Origin: Candidatus Dormiibacterota bacterium | GTDB taxonomy: Bacteria > Patescibacteriota > Saccharimonadia > UBA4664 > DATLOE01 | Length of the DNA: 64,000 bases | Reading direction: 5' to 3' | NCBI GenBank assembly: GCA_035536395.1 | Contig: DATLOE010000018.1 | Location: forward strand, 16,193-80,192 | Notes under the pieces: model-generated | Database searches by the model: none | Seen by the model: the letters and a program-made list of their open reading frames with translations, nothing else | Told to the model about the DNA's origin: nothing | Translations under genes and position numbers: made by a program | Part shown: positions 1 through 9,716 of the stretch, in pieces | Layout: every line of letters begins with the position of its first letter | Numbering within the stretch: position 1 is the stretch's first letter

Positions 1-1118
1 CTGCGGTAGAGTATGTTACTGAGGTATTAAACTTGAACCCAACAGCACTGGCTCCATCGGCTACGCTTGAGAACAGTATGCCGGCTGAAGTGTCTACCCC
101 TAGGTAGGTAGTAGCTCCGGCATCGTTCTGGACTCTAAAGGCAGTGGTTGAGGTCTTTTGGATAGAGTTAGTATTAGAGAAGGTATTGGCTGCACTTAAG
201 AGGGCTACATTACTACTTAAGGCACTGTCTGCTACCTTGCCAGCTGTCGAGATAGTATTAAGTTTAGAGTCAGCTATAGAGCCGGCTAGTTCAGCATTCT
301 CTATCAGCTGGCCTAAGAGTGAGACCGAGGAGTTTAGTCTGGCGTTATCTACTGTGCCAGAGGTTAGTTGAGTGGCATTAAGGGAGGTAAGTAAGACTCC
401 GGAAACAGCTGGCAGTTGGGTGGAGGCGTTTAGCTGTACCAACTGAGAAACCCCATTGAAGGTGTTGCCCTGGATGGTGACGTTGGAGCTTAGTGCACTA
501 TCTGCCACCTTGCCGGCAGTGGAGATTGTCAGCAGTTTACTATCAGAAATACTACCGGCCAGTTCTGCATTCTCTATGGTTTGGCCCAGTAGAGATACAT
601 TGGCAGACAGTCTCCCATCGGCTAGGGTGCCGGAAGATATATTAGTGGCATTAAGGGAGGTTAGTGAAGCACCTGAGCCGCTGAAAGTAGAGGCGATGAT
701 AGTGCCTGAAACATTGATGTTGCCGGTCTCTTGGACTCCGGGAGATGTGGCTTGCAACGATACACAAGTGCCATTAGGGCAGGTGGCAGTGCCAGAAGGG
801 CCCTGGGCACCAGTTGCACCTGTTGCACCAGTGGGGCCAGTTGAGCCTTGAAGACCTTGTTCTCCTTGCGGGCCGGCTGAGCCTTGGAGGCCGGTGGGGC
901 CTGGGGTACCGGCTGAGCCCTGGGGGCCTTGAGGCCCTGCCTCGCCAATCAAACCAACAGTGCCTTGTGATCCAACTGCACCCGTCATCCCCTGCTCGCC
1001 TTTGGGACCACGTTCACCGGGGTAGACAAGATGTCGGTCTGCCAAGAAGCCCGAGGTGGCACCTATAATGGTGGTGATTACAGATATTACTGCGAGCTTG
1101 CCGAAAGTAAGCTTCATA
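1..1118 (-). CDS. Collagen-like-repeat surface protein, partial (C-terminus beyond window start); paralog of 16159-18465
   Basis: Reverse-strand reading from ATG at 1116-1118 gives [43 protein letters not shown]..., i.e. a TM anchor, an ADR..YPGERG motif, then about 30 Gly-X-Y triplets ([28 protein letters not shown]...). Ser/Thr/Asn-rich repeats follow ([33 protein letters not shown] twice). There is no stop before position 1. Confidence 0.6.
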
Positions 1119-1284
1119 GGCAATAGTTCCCACCAGAAATATGCACGGATATATACTCCAACATATTCTCATTATATTGCTTATGCTTACCTGATGCAAC
1201 AGATTATGACTAATTGACAAAGTATATTAAACATTATACTGTCGTATAACTTTCTGCTGTCAGAAGATCTCGGAAGGAGTACAA

Positions 1285-1626
1285 ATGGAAATCCAGTTTT
1301 TCATTGGGTTTATTATCACATTTACAGCTTTCGCTTTTCTGTTGCATGGTCGCAACGTGGGGATAGGGCTATTTCTTGGAGTAGTAGTGTGGACAGGCAT
1401 ATGGATGATGGTGGAGTCTACAGAAAATTCGGCCAAGGACAGCGTCCTGTCCAACCTCAGCAAGCGCTGTGTCATAGAAGGCACCGTGTACCAATACCCT
1501 GGGCAAGACGTAAAAGCCGAGACCAAGAAGCTGCGCGAGGCGGTCTTTGACCGAGCCAAGTGCACGGGGTCAATCAGTCTCAAGGTAGTAAAACCCGAAG
1601 CAGCTGGGGGAGTAAATGGCAAATAG
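1285..1626 (+). CDS. Hypothetical small membrane protein
   Basis: 113-aa ORF with a hydrophobic N-terminal segment (FFIGFIITFTAFAFLL, GIGLFLGVVVWTGIWMMV). A TTGACA -35-like box lies upstream at about 1215. Chosen over the antisense ORF 1260-1622. Confidence 0.35.
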   Translation: MEIQFFIGFIITFTAFAFLLHGRNVGIGLFLGVVVWTGIWMMVESTENSAKDSVLSNLSKRCVIEGTVYQYPGQDVKAETKKLREAVFDRAKCTGSISLKVVKPEAAGGVNGK

Positions 1627-1975
1627 ACTGTTTACTCTCGCAGCAATAGTGGCAGTTCCGGCTCTAGTGATGGCGGTTGCCTGGGAGAACGTTTGGCTGA
1701 CGATTGCCATTCTGCTTTGCGCGTCGGCAGTCGTAGCCATTCCCATAATCGCCCACCGCTGTACAGACAACGGCCTTTGGCAGAAGTCAGATACTAACCG
1801 CCGGCGCGAACACCGCGCGATAATCGGCGTGCTGCTGGTTTTCGGAATAGCAATATTACTGGCAGCTTTGGGGCGTAATGGTATTCATGAACTTTCGCTT
1901 GGCCTGCTGTGTATCGCCACTCTGCTCTTGGTAGCTGGAGTCGTACTGCAGCCAGCCAAAAAAAGTAAATCATGA
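1616..1975 (+). CDS. Hypothetical membrane protein (3-4 predicted TM helices)
   Basis: 119-aa ORF overlapping the previous stop (ATGGCAAATAG); multiple hydrophobic helices. Confidence 0.4.
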   Translation: MANRLFTLAAIVAVPALVMAVAWENVWLTIAILLCASAVVAIPIIAHRCTDNGLWQKSDTNRRREHRAIIGVLLVFGIAILLAALGRNGIHELSLGLLCIATLLLVAGVVLQPAKKSKS

Positions 1976-2032
1976 TGCCCAAAGGGGCGTGAGTAGTTCT
2001 TCCGGCAGCCGCCAGATGAACGAAAGCGCCCC

Positions 2033-2623
2033 TTAAACTTTTTTGTTTTTAATATCTAAAATCTCAATTAAACGGTCTATTAAAGCTTCGGGGTTATCAT
2101 CGAACAGCACGGTGTGGCGGCGGCGCCTGGCGGCCTTAAGCACCTCGGCAATCGCGTCACTTATCCCACCCGAGCCAATTATTACCCCAATCGGCGTCTT
2201 CTCCTCAAAAGCGATAGAGAACTCCTGCATGGTGCCGATTCGCCCGCCAATAGTCACCAGCGCATCGCTGGCCCGGACCAGCAACAAGTCGCGCCCGGTA
2301 TAGCCGAACCCGGTACATACTATACTGTCGTACGATTTATATGGAAGCTTATAGGTATTAATGTGTTCACGGCGGCTGATGGCCGGGGAGAAACCAATTG
2401 AAACCCCGCCGGCCTTTTTGGCACCCATAGCCGCAAAATCGGGCAGCCCGGTGGTGGCGCCGGTTAGAAGCACATGCCCGCGCTTAGCAACACATACACC
2501 GGCTCGCTCGGCCAGCAGGTAAGATTTTTTAACGCTGCTGCCGCGAGCAGCACCGGAGACGCATATTTGATAGGGGTACTTTTTGCTCATGCTTCTCCTA
2601 TCATCAAAGCTTTTCCGGGGCAA
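2033..2623 (-). CDS. LOG-family / TIGR00725-like Rossmann-fold nucleotide-binding protein
   Basis: Motifs LLTGATTGLPDFAAMGAKKAGGVSIGFSP and GGIGTMQE..GVIIGSGG are typical of the LOG/SLOG lysine-decarboxylase-like fold. The likely start is the internal ATG at about 2592 (MSKKYPYQ). Confidence 0.55.
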   Translation of the reverse strand: MPRKSFDDRRSMSKKYPYQICVSGAARGSSVKKSYLLAERAGVCVAKRGHVLLTGATTGLPDFAAMGAKKAGGVSIGFSPAISRREHINTYKLPYKSYDSIVCTGFGYTGRDLLLVRASDALVTIGGRIGTMQEFSIAFEEKTPIGVIIGSGGISDAIAEVLKAARRRRHTVLFDDNPEALIDRLIEILDIKNKKV

Positions 2624-3830
2624 TTAGATCATTATTCAGCTTAACCAGTAACTGCTCTTCTAGCACTTTCTGCCCCATATAGCGGGCAAAGATCTCATTC
2701 CACAGCGATTCCCGGAAATGATATAAGTACCGGTCTTGGTATTTGAGTCCGTTAGAATAACTAAGCGAAATATCCATGAGATTGAAAGTAACGGGACCGT
2801 CTGGCTTCATAACCGCCACATAATCCATATCGCGCCAGGCAGTAAGGTACGGATCGACTTCATACAGAAGTTCCTCAGCCTTGCGCCAATGTAAATCCTC
2901 TGGCTGAACGTGGGGTTCAAAAATCTCGGGATGCGGCTCATTTTTTAGCTTACCAAAGTAGCGCTGTATAACCCGCCAGTGGATGTTCTGCCCTTGGGTA
3001 ATCGGAATATTCGGGGTATCGGCAATTAGGGTAGTGGCGACAATTTCACCAAAGTTCTGCTTGTTCTTAATCAGTTTAAAGAAAGAGCTGTACAAGCGGA
3101 TTTCATTAAAATAGTGGAAGATTAGCGGCATAATTTTAAGCGTGACACCCGGCATATGTTTGATTTTAATCGGCAGAATACAGATGGCGCCTAGCTCTTT
3201 GAGGTTGGTAATGTTATGCAGCTTCTTGGCTACAAAATGCTCGGTAATGCCGCCCCACTTTTTAGCATCAAAGCGGATTATCTGAATGTCACGCGGCTCA
3301 AAATCGCTGTGTTTCAGCTGAGCATACTGTGCATTAAACTCGTTCAGCCAATCGGCAGTTTCGGCAAAGCGTAGTGCACCGTAGATTTCAAAAACGTTTT
3401 CGTTCCGCAGCATTTCGGCCAGGTTCTTATAGCCCAGATGCTTTATAACCTCCTTAGGCGGCATTTTCTTCAGCAGTGCTTCAGCGACCTTCACCTTCAG
3501 GAAGCAGCCGGAGCGCGGCATATCTACCTGCTGGACATGCTTAAGAATCAGTGGAATCATCTGCGCTACATCGGCTGGATCACTGCCCCCGATAGCCTCA
3601 GCTAGTTGATGATCGTGCTTGGCTACTTGATCTATTAATGCCTGATACAGCTCGGGACCGGTACATTCCGGATCTAGCTTTAAACGCTTAATAAACTCGG
3701 CCGATTTTGTAGCTACTTCCGCCGTCAGCGCCACATCTACACCCTTGCGCCCGCTGCGATCCTCTAGTTGTTTTAGTGCTGTATCAAAGAGCGGCTGTTT
3801 GGCCTGTAAAAATTCCCCCAAGCGGCTCAT
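2604..3830 (-). CDS. Hypothetical protein (408 aa), translationally coupled to the upstream PfkB kinase
   Basis: Long clean ORF; its start overlaps the stop of 3827-4801 (ATGA). No family recognised by eye. Confidence 0.5.
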   Translation of the reverse strand: MSRLGEFLQAKQPLFDTALKQLEDRSGRKGVDVALTAEVATKSAEFIKRLKLDPECTGPELYQALIDQVAKHDHQLAEAIGGSDPADVAQMIPLILKHVQQVDMPRSGCFLKVKVAEALLKKMPPKEVIKHLGYKNLAEMLRNENVFEIYGALRFAETADWLNEFNAQYAQLKHSDFEPRDIQIIRFDAKKWGGITEHFVAKKLHNITNLKELGAICILPIKIKHMPGVTLKIMPLIFHYFNEIRLYSSFFKLIKNKQNFGEIVATTLIADTPNIPITQGQNIHWRVIQRYFGKLKNEPHPEIFEPHVQPEDLHWRKAEELLYEVDPYLTAWRDMDYVAVMKPDGPVTFNLMDISLSYSNGLKYQDRYLYHFRESLWNEIFARYMGQKVLEEQLLVKLNNDLIAPEKL

Positions 3831-4801
3831 ATGGAGGCTCTTTTTACTTTCATCCGCTTAACTTTATGCCCTTCCCGTAAAATTCCGGCTTTGGCTCCGA
3901 TCTGCTCCACTACAGAGGTCGAATTAGCGCTGCCTAGGCTCATGGCGTCTTCTATCGGCATGCCTTTGGCAATCGCGGCTACGAACCCAGAGCAAAAGGC
4001 GTCACCCGCGCCCAGCCTATCCACCACCTTCACCTTCTTATACTGACCGGTGTAGTAAATGATATTACCGACGGTAGCATAGCTGCCGCGAGGGCCGTCT
4101 GTCATCACCACGTAATGGCATTCCGGCATCGCGTTTACCATAGTTTCTACCGGCGTTTCGCCGCCGAACAGCAGCTGCATCTCTTGGCGGTTGGCCATTA
4201 GTATATGCACTTGGCTGAGCAGTTTGCGCAGCTTAGCGGCATTGGCCAGTTCTCCCCCGCCGGGGTTGAGTGCTACTTTTATGTTGTACTTACTTGCATG
4301 CAGCAATAAGCGCTTGAGTAATTCCAGATTACCGCTAAGCGAAGAGATGTAGAACCAATCGGCATCCAGAACTTGATTATAAAAATCCTCAGGGCGCAAA
4401 TAACTGGAGGCTCCACGATAAGAGAGAATAGTACGCTCACCATTGGGGGCCAGCAGAATAGTGGAGTATCCGGTGCCATGCTTGTGGTCTATTTTTACAT
4501 GACTGGTAATAATGCCCTCTTTCTTGAGTACCCTCATAATCTCGGCGCCGGCCGGATCGCGGCCGATTTTGCCAGAATATGAACTAGTGAGGCCTTGGCG
4601 GGCAAAGGTCACGGCCGCATTAGCCGCTCCGCCGCCAGTATCGTAATGCACAGCCTCAATATCGAGCTTGGCGCCCAGCGGAAACTGCTCCACATAGCTA
4701 TGGGTGCGTACATCACGCTTAGCTGCCAAGTTCTTGCCCATTAAAAACACATCTTGAGTGGCCGAACCGATAGAAATTACTCTGATATGCGAATGATCCA
4801 T
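3827..4801 (-). CDS. PfkB-family carbohydrate/nucleoside kinase (ribokinase-like)
   Basis: PfkB signatures: N-terminal GGGAANAAV (adenosine/ribokinase-like diGly) and C-terminal DRLGAGDAFCSGFV (anion hole/GAGD motif). Confidence 0.8.
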   Translation of the reverse strand: MDHSHIRVISIGSATQDVFLMGKNLAAKRDVRTHSYVEQFPLGAKLDIEAVHYDTGGGAANAAVTFARQGLTSSYSGKIGRDPAGAEIMRVLKKEGIITSHVKIDHKHGTGYSTILLAPNGERTILSYRGASSYLRPEDFYNQVLDADWFYISSLSGNLELLKRLLLHASKYNIKVALNPGGGELANAAKLRKLLSQVHILMANRQEMQLLFGGETPVETMVNAMPECHYVVMTDGPRGSYATVGNIIYYTGQYKKVKVVDRLGAGDAFCSGFVAAIAKGMPIEDAMSLGSANSTSVVEQIGAKAGILREGHKVKRMKVKRASI

Positions 4802-4878
4802 TTGCCTTAATTATACCGGTTATGGTTTAAAAAATATATCGTTTTTTGCAAAGTTTTCAGATTAAAGCTTGTAAATAT

Positions 4879-5442
4879 TTACTGCAGTGGCTTGGCGGTT
4901 TCAAAGGCTTGCTTCAGAAGCTTTTTCTGCTTGTCGGCCAGGCCTTTGGCCTCAGCAATATCTGAGCAGTAGGCCTGAGGTTCAGAAAATTCCACATGCA
5001 CGCTGCCAACCTTCTTGGCAGCCCCCGAATTGGGCAGGCTCAGCACCGAAGGGTCGCTGCCGAATTTAGTCATGGCGCCGATGGGTCCTTGCGCGGCAGC
5101 GCAGCCGGTATCAAGCTTGAGAAGCGACTTAGTGCTGAAGTAAACATAGGTGGCAGTGTAGGCCTTGCCGTTTGCGTCTGTTTCCTGCTGGTCGGCCTTG
5201 GTGTAGTAGATTAAGTCATCAAGCCCTTCGGGCAGAGTCATCTTAATGCCGAGCTCTTTTATACTAATGCTGCTTTCTTTCTTCTTTTCGGTCTTTTGCT
5301 CTTTTGCGCTGTTTTCCTGCACGGTGCGAATCTGAGTAGCCTGCCAGTACGCAAACCCAGCCAGAGCCAGAATAATCACTATTAAGATTATCTCGAATAA
5401 AAGCGTTCCGCGTTGGTTCTTAATTAAGTTTTTCATGCTCAC
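4879..5442 (-). CDS. Type IV pilin-like / pseudopilin protein
   Basis: N-terminus KNQRG|TLLFEIILIVIILALAGFAYW resembles a class III (prepilin) signal, with Glu at +5 after the Gly cleavage site and a hydrophobic helix. Confidence 0.5.
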   Translation of the reverse strand: MSMKNLIKNQRGTLLFEIILIVIILALAGFAYWQATQIRTVQENSAKEQKTEKKKESSISIKELGIKMTLPEGLDDLIYYTKADQQETDANGKAYTATYVYFSTKSLLKLDTGCAAAQGPIGAMTKFGSDPSVLSLPNSGAAKKVGSVHVEFSEPQAYCSDIAEAKGLADKQKKLLKQAFETAKPLQ

Positions 5443-5499
5443 TTCCTTGATTCTTCTTATGCTTAATAATGCCTTTTTACGGCCAAAAAGTCAAATTCT

Positions 5500-6405
5500 C
5501 TACTGTTTATTTGTAGAGGCATCGTATACGGCTGCAATAGTATCCTCTAGCATCTTATTAAACTCTTCATCGGTCTGGCTGGCACTTAAGCCCTCCGAGA
5601 GTGCTCTGTTAAAGCTGGCTATAACATTATGATTGCGCTTTAAGCGAACGCAAGCTTCGCGGGTTCCATAGCCCCCTGATAGCGCCAGAACTCTGATGAC
5701 CCGAGGATGCTCGGTAAGCGGGCGGTAAAAATCATCCTCCTCCGGCAAGGTCAGCTTAAGCATGACTTCCTGACCTGGGTTTAGGGCATCCAGCTCTGAC
5801 TGCAGTTGGCTGCGCAGCTCCTGCTCGCACTCAGCCTTATCCGCGGCATGAATGTCTACTTCGGGTTCTACGATCGGTACCAACCCGGCAGCTGTCACTT
5901 GGCGCGCAAACTCAAACTGCTGGCTGACTGCCTCGGCGATACCGGCCTTGGAGTAGCTTTTGATAAGCGAGCGCATCTTGGTGCCGAAGATGTTCTTCCC
6001 AGCGGCAAACGCGAGCAGCTCTGGCAGTCCTGGCACCGGCTTCATTAGCTGCACCCCATTTGATTCCTCGGCTAAACCATTATCGGTCTTCAGGAATGGC
6101 ACAATCTGTTTACGCTGCCACAAGTAATCAGCGCTATCCAGACCGTCTATCTGGCTCTCCGCGGTAGCCTTGAATAGAATCGCGCCTAATATACACTCGC
6201 CGCTAAAGGCTGGGCTGGTGACTATTCTAGTGCGCATTTTGTGGACCAGCTCAAACATTTCGGCCTCACTGGAGTACGCGCTCTCTGGTATGCCGTAGCT
6301 AGCCAAGGCGCCAGGTGTGCTGCCGCCACTTTGATCTAGGGCCGCAATGAACCCTTTACCTTGTTTGATTTTTTCTAATTGCTCACTACGCATATCAGGC
6401 CTCAA
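5500..6405 (-). CDS. fba: Fructose-bisphosphate aldolase, class I
   Basis: EQLEKIKQGKGFIAALDQSGGSTPGAL matches the bacterial class I FBA N-terminus (PRK05377-type: GKGFIAALDQSxGSTPKAL). Length is about 296 aa. The likely start is MRSEQLEK. Confidence 0.75.
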   Translation of the reverse strand: MRPDMRSEQLEKIKQGKGFIAALDQSGGSTPGALASYGIPESAYSSEAEMFELVHKMRTRIVTSPAFSGECILGAILFKATAESQIDGLDSADYLWQRKQIVPFLKTDNGLAEESNGVQLMKPVPGLPELLAFAAGKNIFGTKMRSLIKSYSKAGIAEAVSQQFEFARQVTAAGLVPIVEPEVDIHAADKAECEQELRSQLQSELDALNPGQEVMLKLTLPEEDDFYRPLTEHPRVIRVLALSGGYGTREACVRLKRNHNVIASFNRALSEGLSASQTDEEFNKMLEDTIAAVYDASTNKQ

Positions 6406-6808
6406 TTAAAGCTAGGTTACCATTAATGATGGTCGGCTGCATTCCCAGTAACTCATCACGCAAGATGCCATTTGGTACTGGATTATAAAAAAATATTTTC
6501 TTACCTAGCTCAAACGCTTTGTAAATTTCTAAAAAAGTCGCTCCGCCAATATAATTTTCTTGATCGTCTTTCTTATAATTAATCACTAAGATCGCATCGT
6601 TCAAAGCAATCTTTTTATTTTGCTCCTTAATCATCTCTGCCTTCCACTCAGCATGAGTAAGTTCGCCTTTGACACGCATTTCATCTTCGCGAGCAGGATT
6701 ATCAAAACTGTTTGGAAGGGTTATGGTGTGACCAGCTTCCTCGAGTGGTTTTTTAATTTCTAAAACTTTGTCATAAAACGCCTTACTGCAAACGATGAAA
6801 ATTCTCAT
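6395..6808 (-). CDS. Nucleoside 2-deoxyribosyltransferase-fold protein (DNPH1/Rcl-like (deoxy)nucleotide N-glycosidase candidate)
   Basis: MRIFIVCSKAF...NDAILVINYKK...IGGATFLEIYKAFELGKKIFF parallels the Rcl/DNPH1 pattern (YFCGSI...DVVVAEVT..SLGVGYELG.A...KPIL). Confidence 0.45.
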   Translation of the reverse strand: MRIFIVCSKAFYDKVLEIKKPLEEAGHTITLPNSFDNPAREDEMRVKGELTHAEWKAEMIKEQNKKIALNDAILVINYKKDDQENYIGGATFLEIYKAFELGKKIFFYNPVPNGILRDELLGMQPTIINGNLALIEA

Positions 6809-7767
6809 TTAACAAGTTCCTCGACAATTTTAACAATATGCGGGGCGGTCAGACCGAAATGCTCAAGCAGCTCATCTGGCTTGCCCGATTCACCGAACCT
6901 ATCTTTCATTCCAATCCTTCTTAGCGGCACGGGGTGGTTTTCGCCGACTAGTTCGGCAATCGCTCCGCCCAGGCCGCCGTTAATCTGAGCTTCTTCAACC
7001 GTAACCACTCGGCCGGTCTTGCGGATGGAAGCCAGCAAGGTCATTGTATCAAGCGGCTTTACAACCGGCACGTTTATGACCTCGGCCTTAATCTTCTTTT
7101 TAGCGAGCATCTCCGCTGCCTCAAGCGCTTGGTAGACCATCGGCCCGCAGGCCGCTATTGTGACATCGCTGCCCTCGCGGAATACCTGGGCTTTGCCCAG
7201 TGCAAAAGGCGTCTCGGCCGTTGTTACAATCGGAGACTTTTCGCGCGCCAGGCGGATATAGGCCGGGCCGGTGTGGGCGGCAATGGCCATGGTAGCCTTT
7301 TCGGCCTCCAGGCTGTCGCAGGGCACTACTACCATCATATTCGGCAGCGCGCGCATTAGGGCGATGTCTTCCAGCATCTGGTGGGTGGCGCCGTCTGGGC
7401 CCACCGATACTCCAGCATGGGAGCCGGCAATTTTAACGTTAGTATCATTCAGGCAGATGGTGGTGCGAATCTGCTCCCAGTTGCGCCCGGGGGAGAATGC
7501 CGCGTAAGAGGAAACGAACGGTACCTTGCCCACAAGGGCCATTCCGGCCGCAACCGTCACTAAGTTCTGCTCGGCCACGCCGACTTCCACGAAACGTTCG
7601 GGGAAAGCCTTGGCGAATCCGTCCATTTTGGTCGATTCGGTCAGGTCCGCGCACAGAGCCACAATCTGCCCATTGCGCTCCCCGGCCGTCACTAGCCCAC
7701 GACCGAAGCCGACGCGAATCGCCTCCTGCTCAACCTCCTTCTTATGCAAGTCTGGGTTGAGCTTCAT
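6805..7767 (-). CDS. tktB: Transketolase, C-terminal (pyrimidine-binding + C-terminal domain) subunit
   Basis: 320 aa with GFGRGLV...EVGVAEQNLVTVAAGMA...DGATHQ..EDIALMRALPNM; overlaps the upstream tkt N-terminal subunit by 4 bp. Confidence 0.85.
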   Translation of the reverse strand: MKLNPDLHKKEVEQEAIRVGFGRGLVTAGERNGQIVALCADLTESTKMDGFAKAFPERFVEVGVAEQNLVTVAAGMALVGKVPFVSSYAAFSPGRNWEQIRTTICLNDTNVKIAGSHAGVSVGPDGATHQMLEDIALMRALPNMMVVVPCDSLEAEKATMAIAAHTGPAYIRLAREKSPIVTTAETPFALGKAQVFREGSDVTIAACGPMVYQALEAAEMLAKKKIKAEVINVPVVKPLDTMTLLASIRKTGRVVTVEEAQINGGLGGAIAELVGENHPVPLRRIGMKDRFGESGKPDELLEHFGLTAPHIVKIVEELVK

Positions 7768-8612
7768 TCGTGCTCTCCACGAATACGCCCTTTAAGCGTT
7801 CTCAATTCATGCAAAGCTTTTTTGGCCTCCTCTTTATTCGGCGGTTTGCCGTGCCAGCGGAAATCATGCTCCATAAAGTCCACTCCCTTGCCCGGTGTGG
7901 TGTAGGCGATTATTACGGTCGGTTGTTCGCTGACTGATTTAGCCATATTGCAGGCATCAATAACTTGCTGCATATTATGGCCGTCGATTTCAACTACGTG
8001 CCAGCCGAATGCCCGCCACTTGGCCGGCAGGTCTTCCAGCGGCATTACGGTCTCGGTTGGGCCATCGATCTGAATATTATTGCGGTCGATAATGGCGGTA
8101 AGATTATGCAGATTGTATTTGGCGCCGAACAGAGCGGCCTCCCAAATGTTCCCCTCCTCCAGCTCGCCGTCGCTCATCAAGCAGTATATACGTCTATCTT
8201 TTACGCCATCTATTTTCAGTGCCATTGCCATACCACAGGCCTGAGAAAGCCCGCTGCCCAAGGGGCCGCTAGTGGTTTCCATACCCGGCAGGCGTTTGCG
8301 CTCCGGATGGCCCTGCAGTCGGGAGCTGAATTTGCGCAGAGTCGCAAGCTCACTAACGGGAAAATACCCGGCCCTAGCCATAGTGGCATAACGCACCGGC
8401 ACAATGTGGCCATTCGAAAGCACTAGCCTATCGCGCTCCGGCCAATCGGGGTCCTTTGGGTCGTGGCGCAGAATTCTAAAGTACAGGGCCGTAAAAATAT
8501 CGGCCATGCCAAGCGGGCCGGCCGAGTGCCCGCTGCCGGCTTGTACCAGCATCTTAATTATGTCCTGCCGGATCTCGTTAGCCTGCTTCTCTAGCTGGGG
8601 TATCGTCATCAT
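7764..8612 (-). CDS. tktA: Transketolase, N-terminal (TPP-binding) subunit
   Basis: 282 aa with SGHSAGPLGMADIF...LVLSNGHIVPVRYA...GPLGSGLSQACGMA...MSDGELEEGNIWEA, the split-transketolase arrangement. Confidence 0.85.
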   Translation of the reverse strand: MMTIPQLEKQANEIRQDIIKMLVQAGSGHSAGPLGMADIFTALYFRILRHDPKDPDWPERDRLVLSNGHIVPVRYATMARAGYFPVSELATLRKFSSRLQGHPERKRLPGMETTSGPLGSGLSQACGMAMALKIDGVKDRRIYCLMSDGELEEGNIWEAALFGAKYNLHNLTAIIDRNNIQIDGPTETVMPLEDLPAKWRAFGWHVVEIDGHNMQQVIDACNMAKSVSEQPTVIIAYTTPGKGVDFMEHDFRWHGKPPNKEEAKKALHELRTLKGRIRGEHE

Positions 8613-9256
8613 CCCGATTTCCTCGCAGACTCAGCTGCGTTTACCAAAGTCTTATAAGCAGCTTGCGGATCCTGAGCAGAATGAATATACCCACCGGCAT
8701 AAAGCACGTCGGCGCCGGCCAGGGCCGCCTCGCGCGCGGTAGAATCATTAATTCCCCCGTCTACGCTAATCTCCAGCTCAGGCTTAAGCTGGCGGAGCTT
8801 TGCGATTTTTGCCAGCTGGTCGGCCTGGAACTTCCCGCCGTTATAGCCGAGATGTCCGGTAAATACCAATACGTGATCGATGCTAGGCAGCAAAGACTGA
8901 ACCATTTCAGGTGTGGAGCTCGGTAGCAGGGCCAGACCAGTACGAATATGCAGATCGCGGCACTTTTGCAATAAGGCAGCTTTATCTCCCTCTGACTCAA
9001 AATGAAAAATTATTAGGTCGGGCTTAAGGCTAGCGGCGGTTTCGAAGTGCTCGGCCGGGGTACCGACCATCAAATGCAGATCTAGCTTTACCTCGGGCAA
9101 GCCATAGGCCTGGGCCAGGCCGATGGTAGGATTATCGGTAAACTTGCCGTCTGAGATATCAATATGAATGCGCCTGGCAAAAGGTTTAAGCTTTTCTATC
9201 TTTAGCGCAAACTCCTCTTTGGAGGTAGCTAAAATTGTCGGTACGATTTCTATCAT
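8609..9256 (-). CDS. rpe: Ribulose-phosphate 3-epimerase family protein
   Basis: 215 aa TIM-barrel epimerase pattern HIDISDGKF...LDLHLMV...DLIIFH...SVDGGIN. Confidence 0.7.
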   Translation of the reverse strand: MIEIVPTILATSKEEFALKIEKLKPFARRIHIDISDGKFTDNPTIGLAQAYGLPEVKLDLHLMVGTPAEHFETAASLKPDLIIFHFESEGDKAALLQKCRDLHIRTGLALLPSSTPEMVQSLLPSIDHVLVFTGHLGYNGGKFQADQLAKIAKLRQLKPELEISVDGGINDSTAREAALAGADVLYAGGYIHSAQDPQAAYKTLVNAAESARKSG

Positions 9257-9259
9257 GGC

Positions 9260-9703
9260 TCAACCATATAATTGTTCTATCTGCTGGATCCTTCTCACAT
9301 ATCTCTCTTCGCCAGAGAACGCCTGCTCCAGAAAGTTATCCACAATCGCAAGCGCCGTGTCCATATCTATCATATGGGCGGGAAGTACTAGAATGTTGGC
9401 GTCGTCGTCGTGCCGGGCGGCCCTAGCCTCAGCCGGGCTCCAAATAAGCGCTGCACGTATGCCGCGTACACGGTTAGCCGCAATCGCCATACCCTGGCCG
9501 CTGCCGCAGACCAGAATACCAAATGCCTTTTCTTCCCCCAGTACCTCGGTGGCTACAGAGTAGGCATACTTAGGATAATCATCAGCCGCATCCAAAGTTA
9601 TTGCCCCCTTGTCTTCCACCTCATAATTCGAATGCTGCAGATGCTCGCGAATCGCATTCTTCATCTCAAATCCGTTGTGATCAGTTCCCAGAAAAACTTT
9701 CAT
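9260..9703 (-). CDS. rpiB: Ribose-5-phosphate isomerase B
   Basis: MKVFLGTDHNGFEMK...GILVCGSGQGMAIAANRVRGIRAALIW, canonical RpiB/LacAB. Confidence 0.85.
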   Translation of the reverse strand: MKVFLGTDHNGFEMKNAIREHLQHSNYEVEDKGAITLDAADDYPKYAYSVATEVLGEEKAFGILVCGSGQGMAIAANRVRGIRAALIWSPAEARAARHDDDANILVLPAHMIDMDTALAIVDNFLEQAFSGEERYVRRIQQIEQLYG

Positions 9704-9716
9704 GATTGCTCCTTAC

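Noticed and set aside
1260-1622. Minus-strand 120-aa ORF overlapping two plus-strand membrane-protein ORFs
   Set aside because: The plus-strand products are hydrophobic and helix-like with an upstream promoter-like box; the minus translation looks random. Either call is low-confidence.
8404-9000. Plus-strand ORFs 8404-8742, 8663-8926 and others overlapping rpe/tkt
   Set aside because: Antisense to well-supported metabolic genes.
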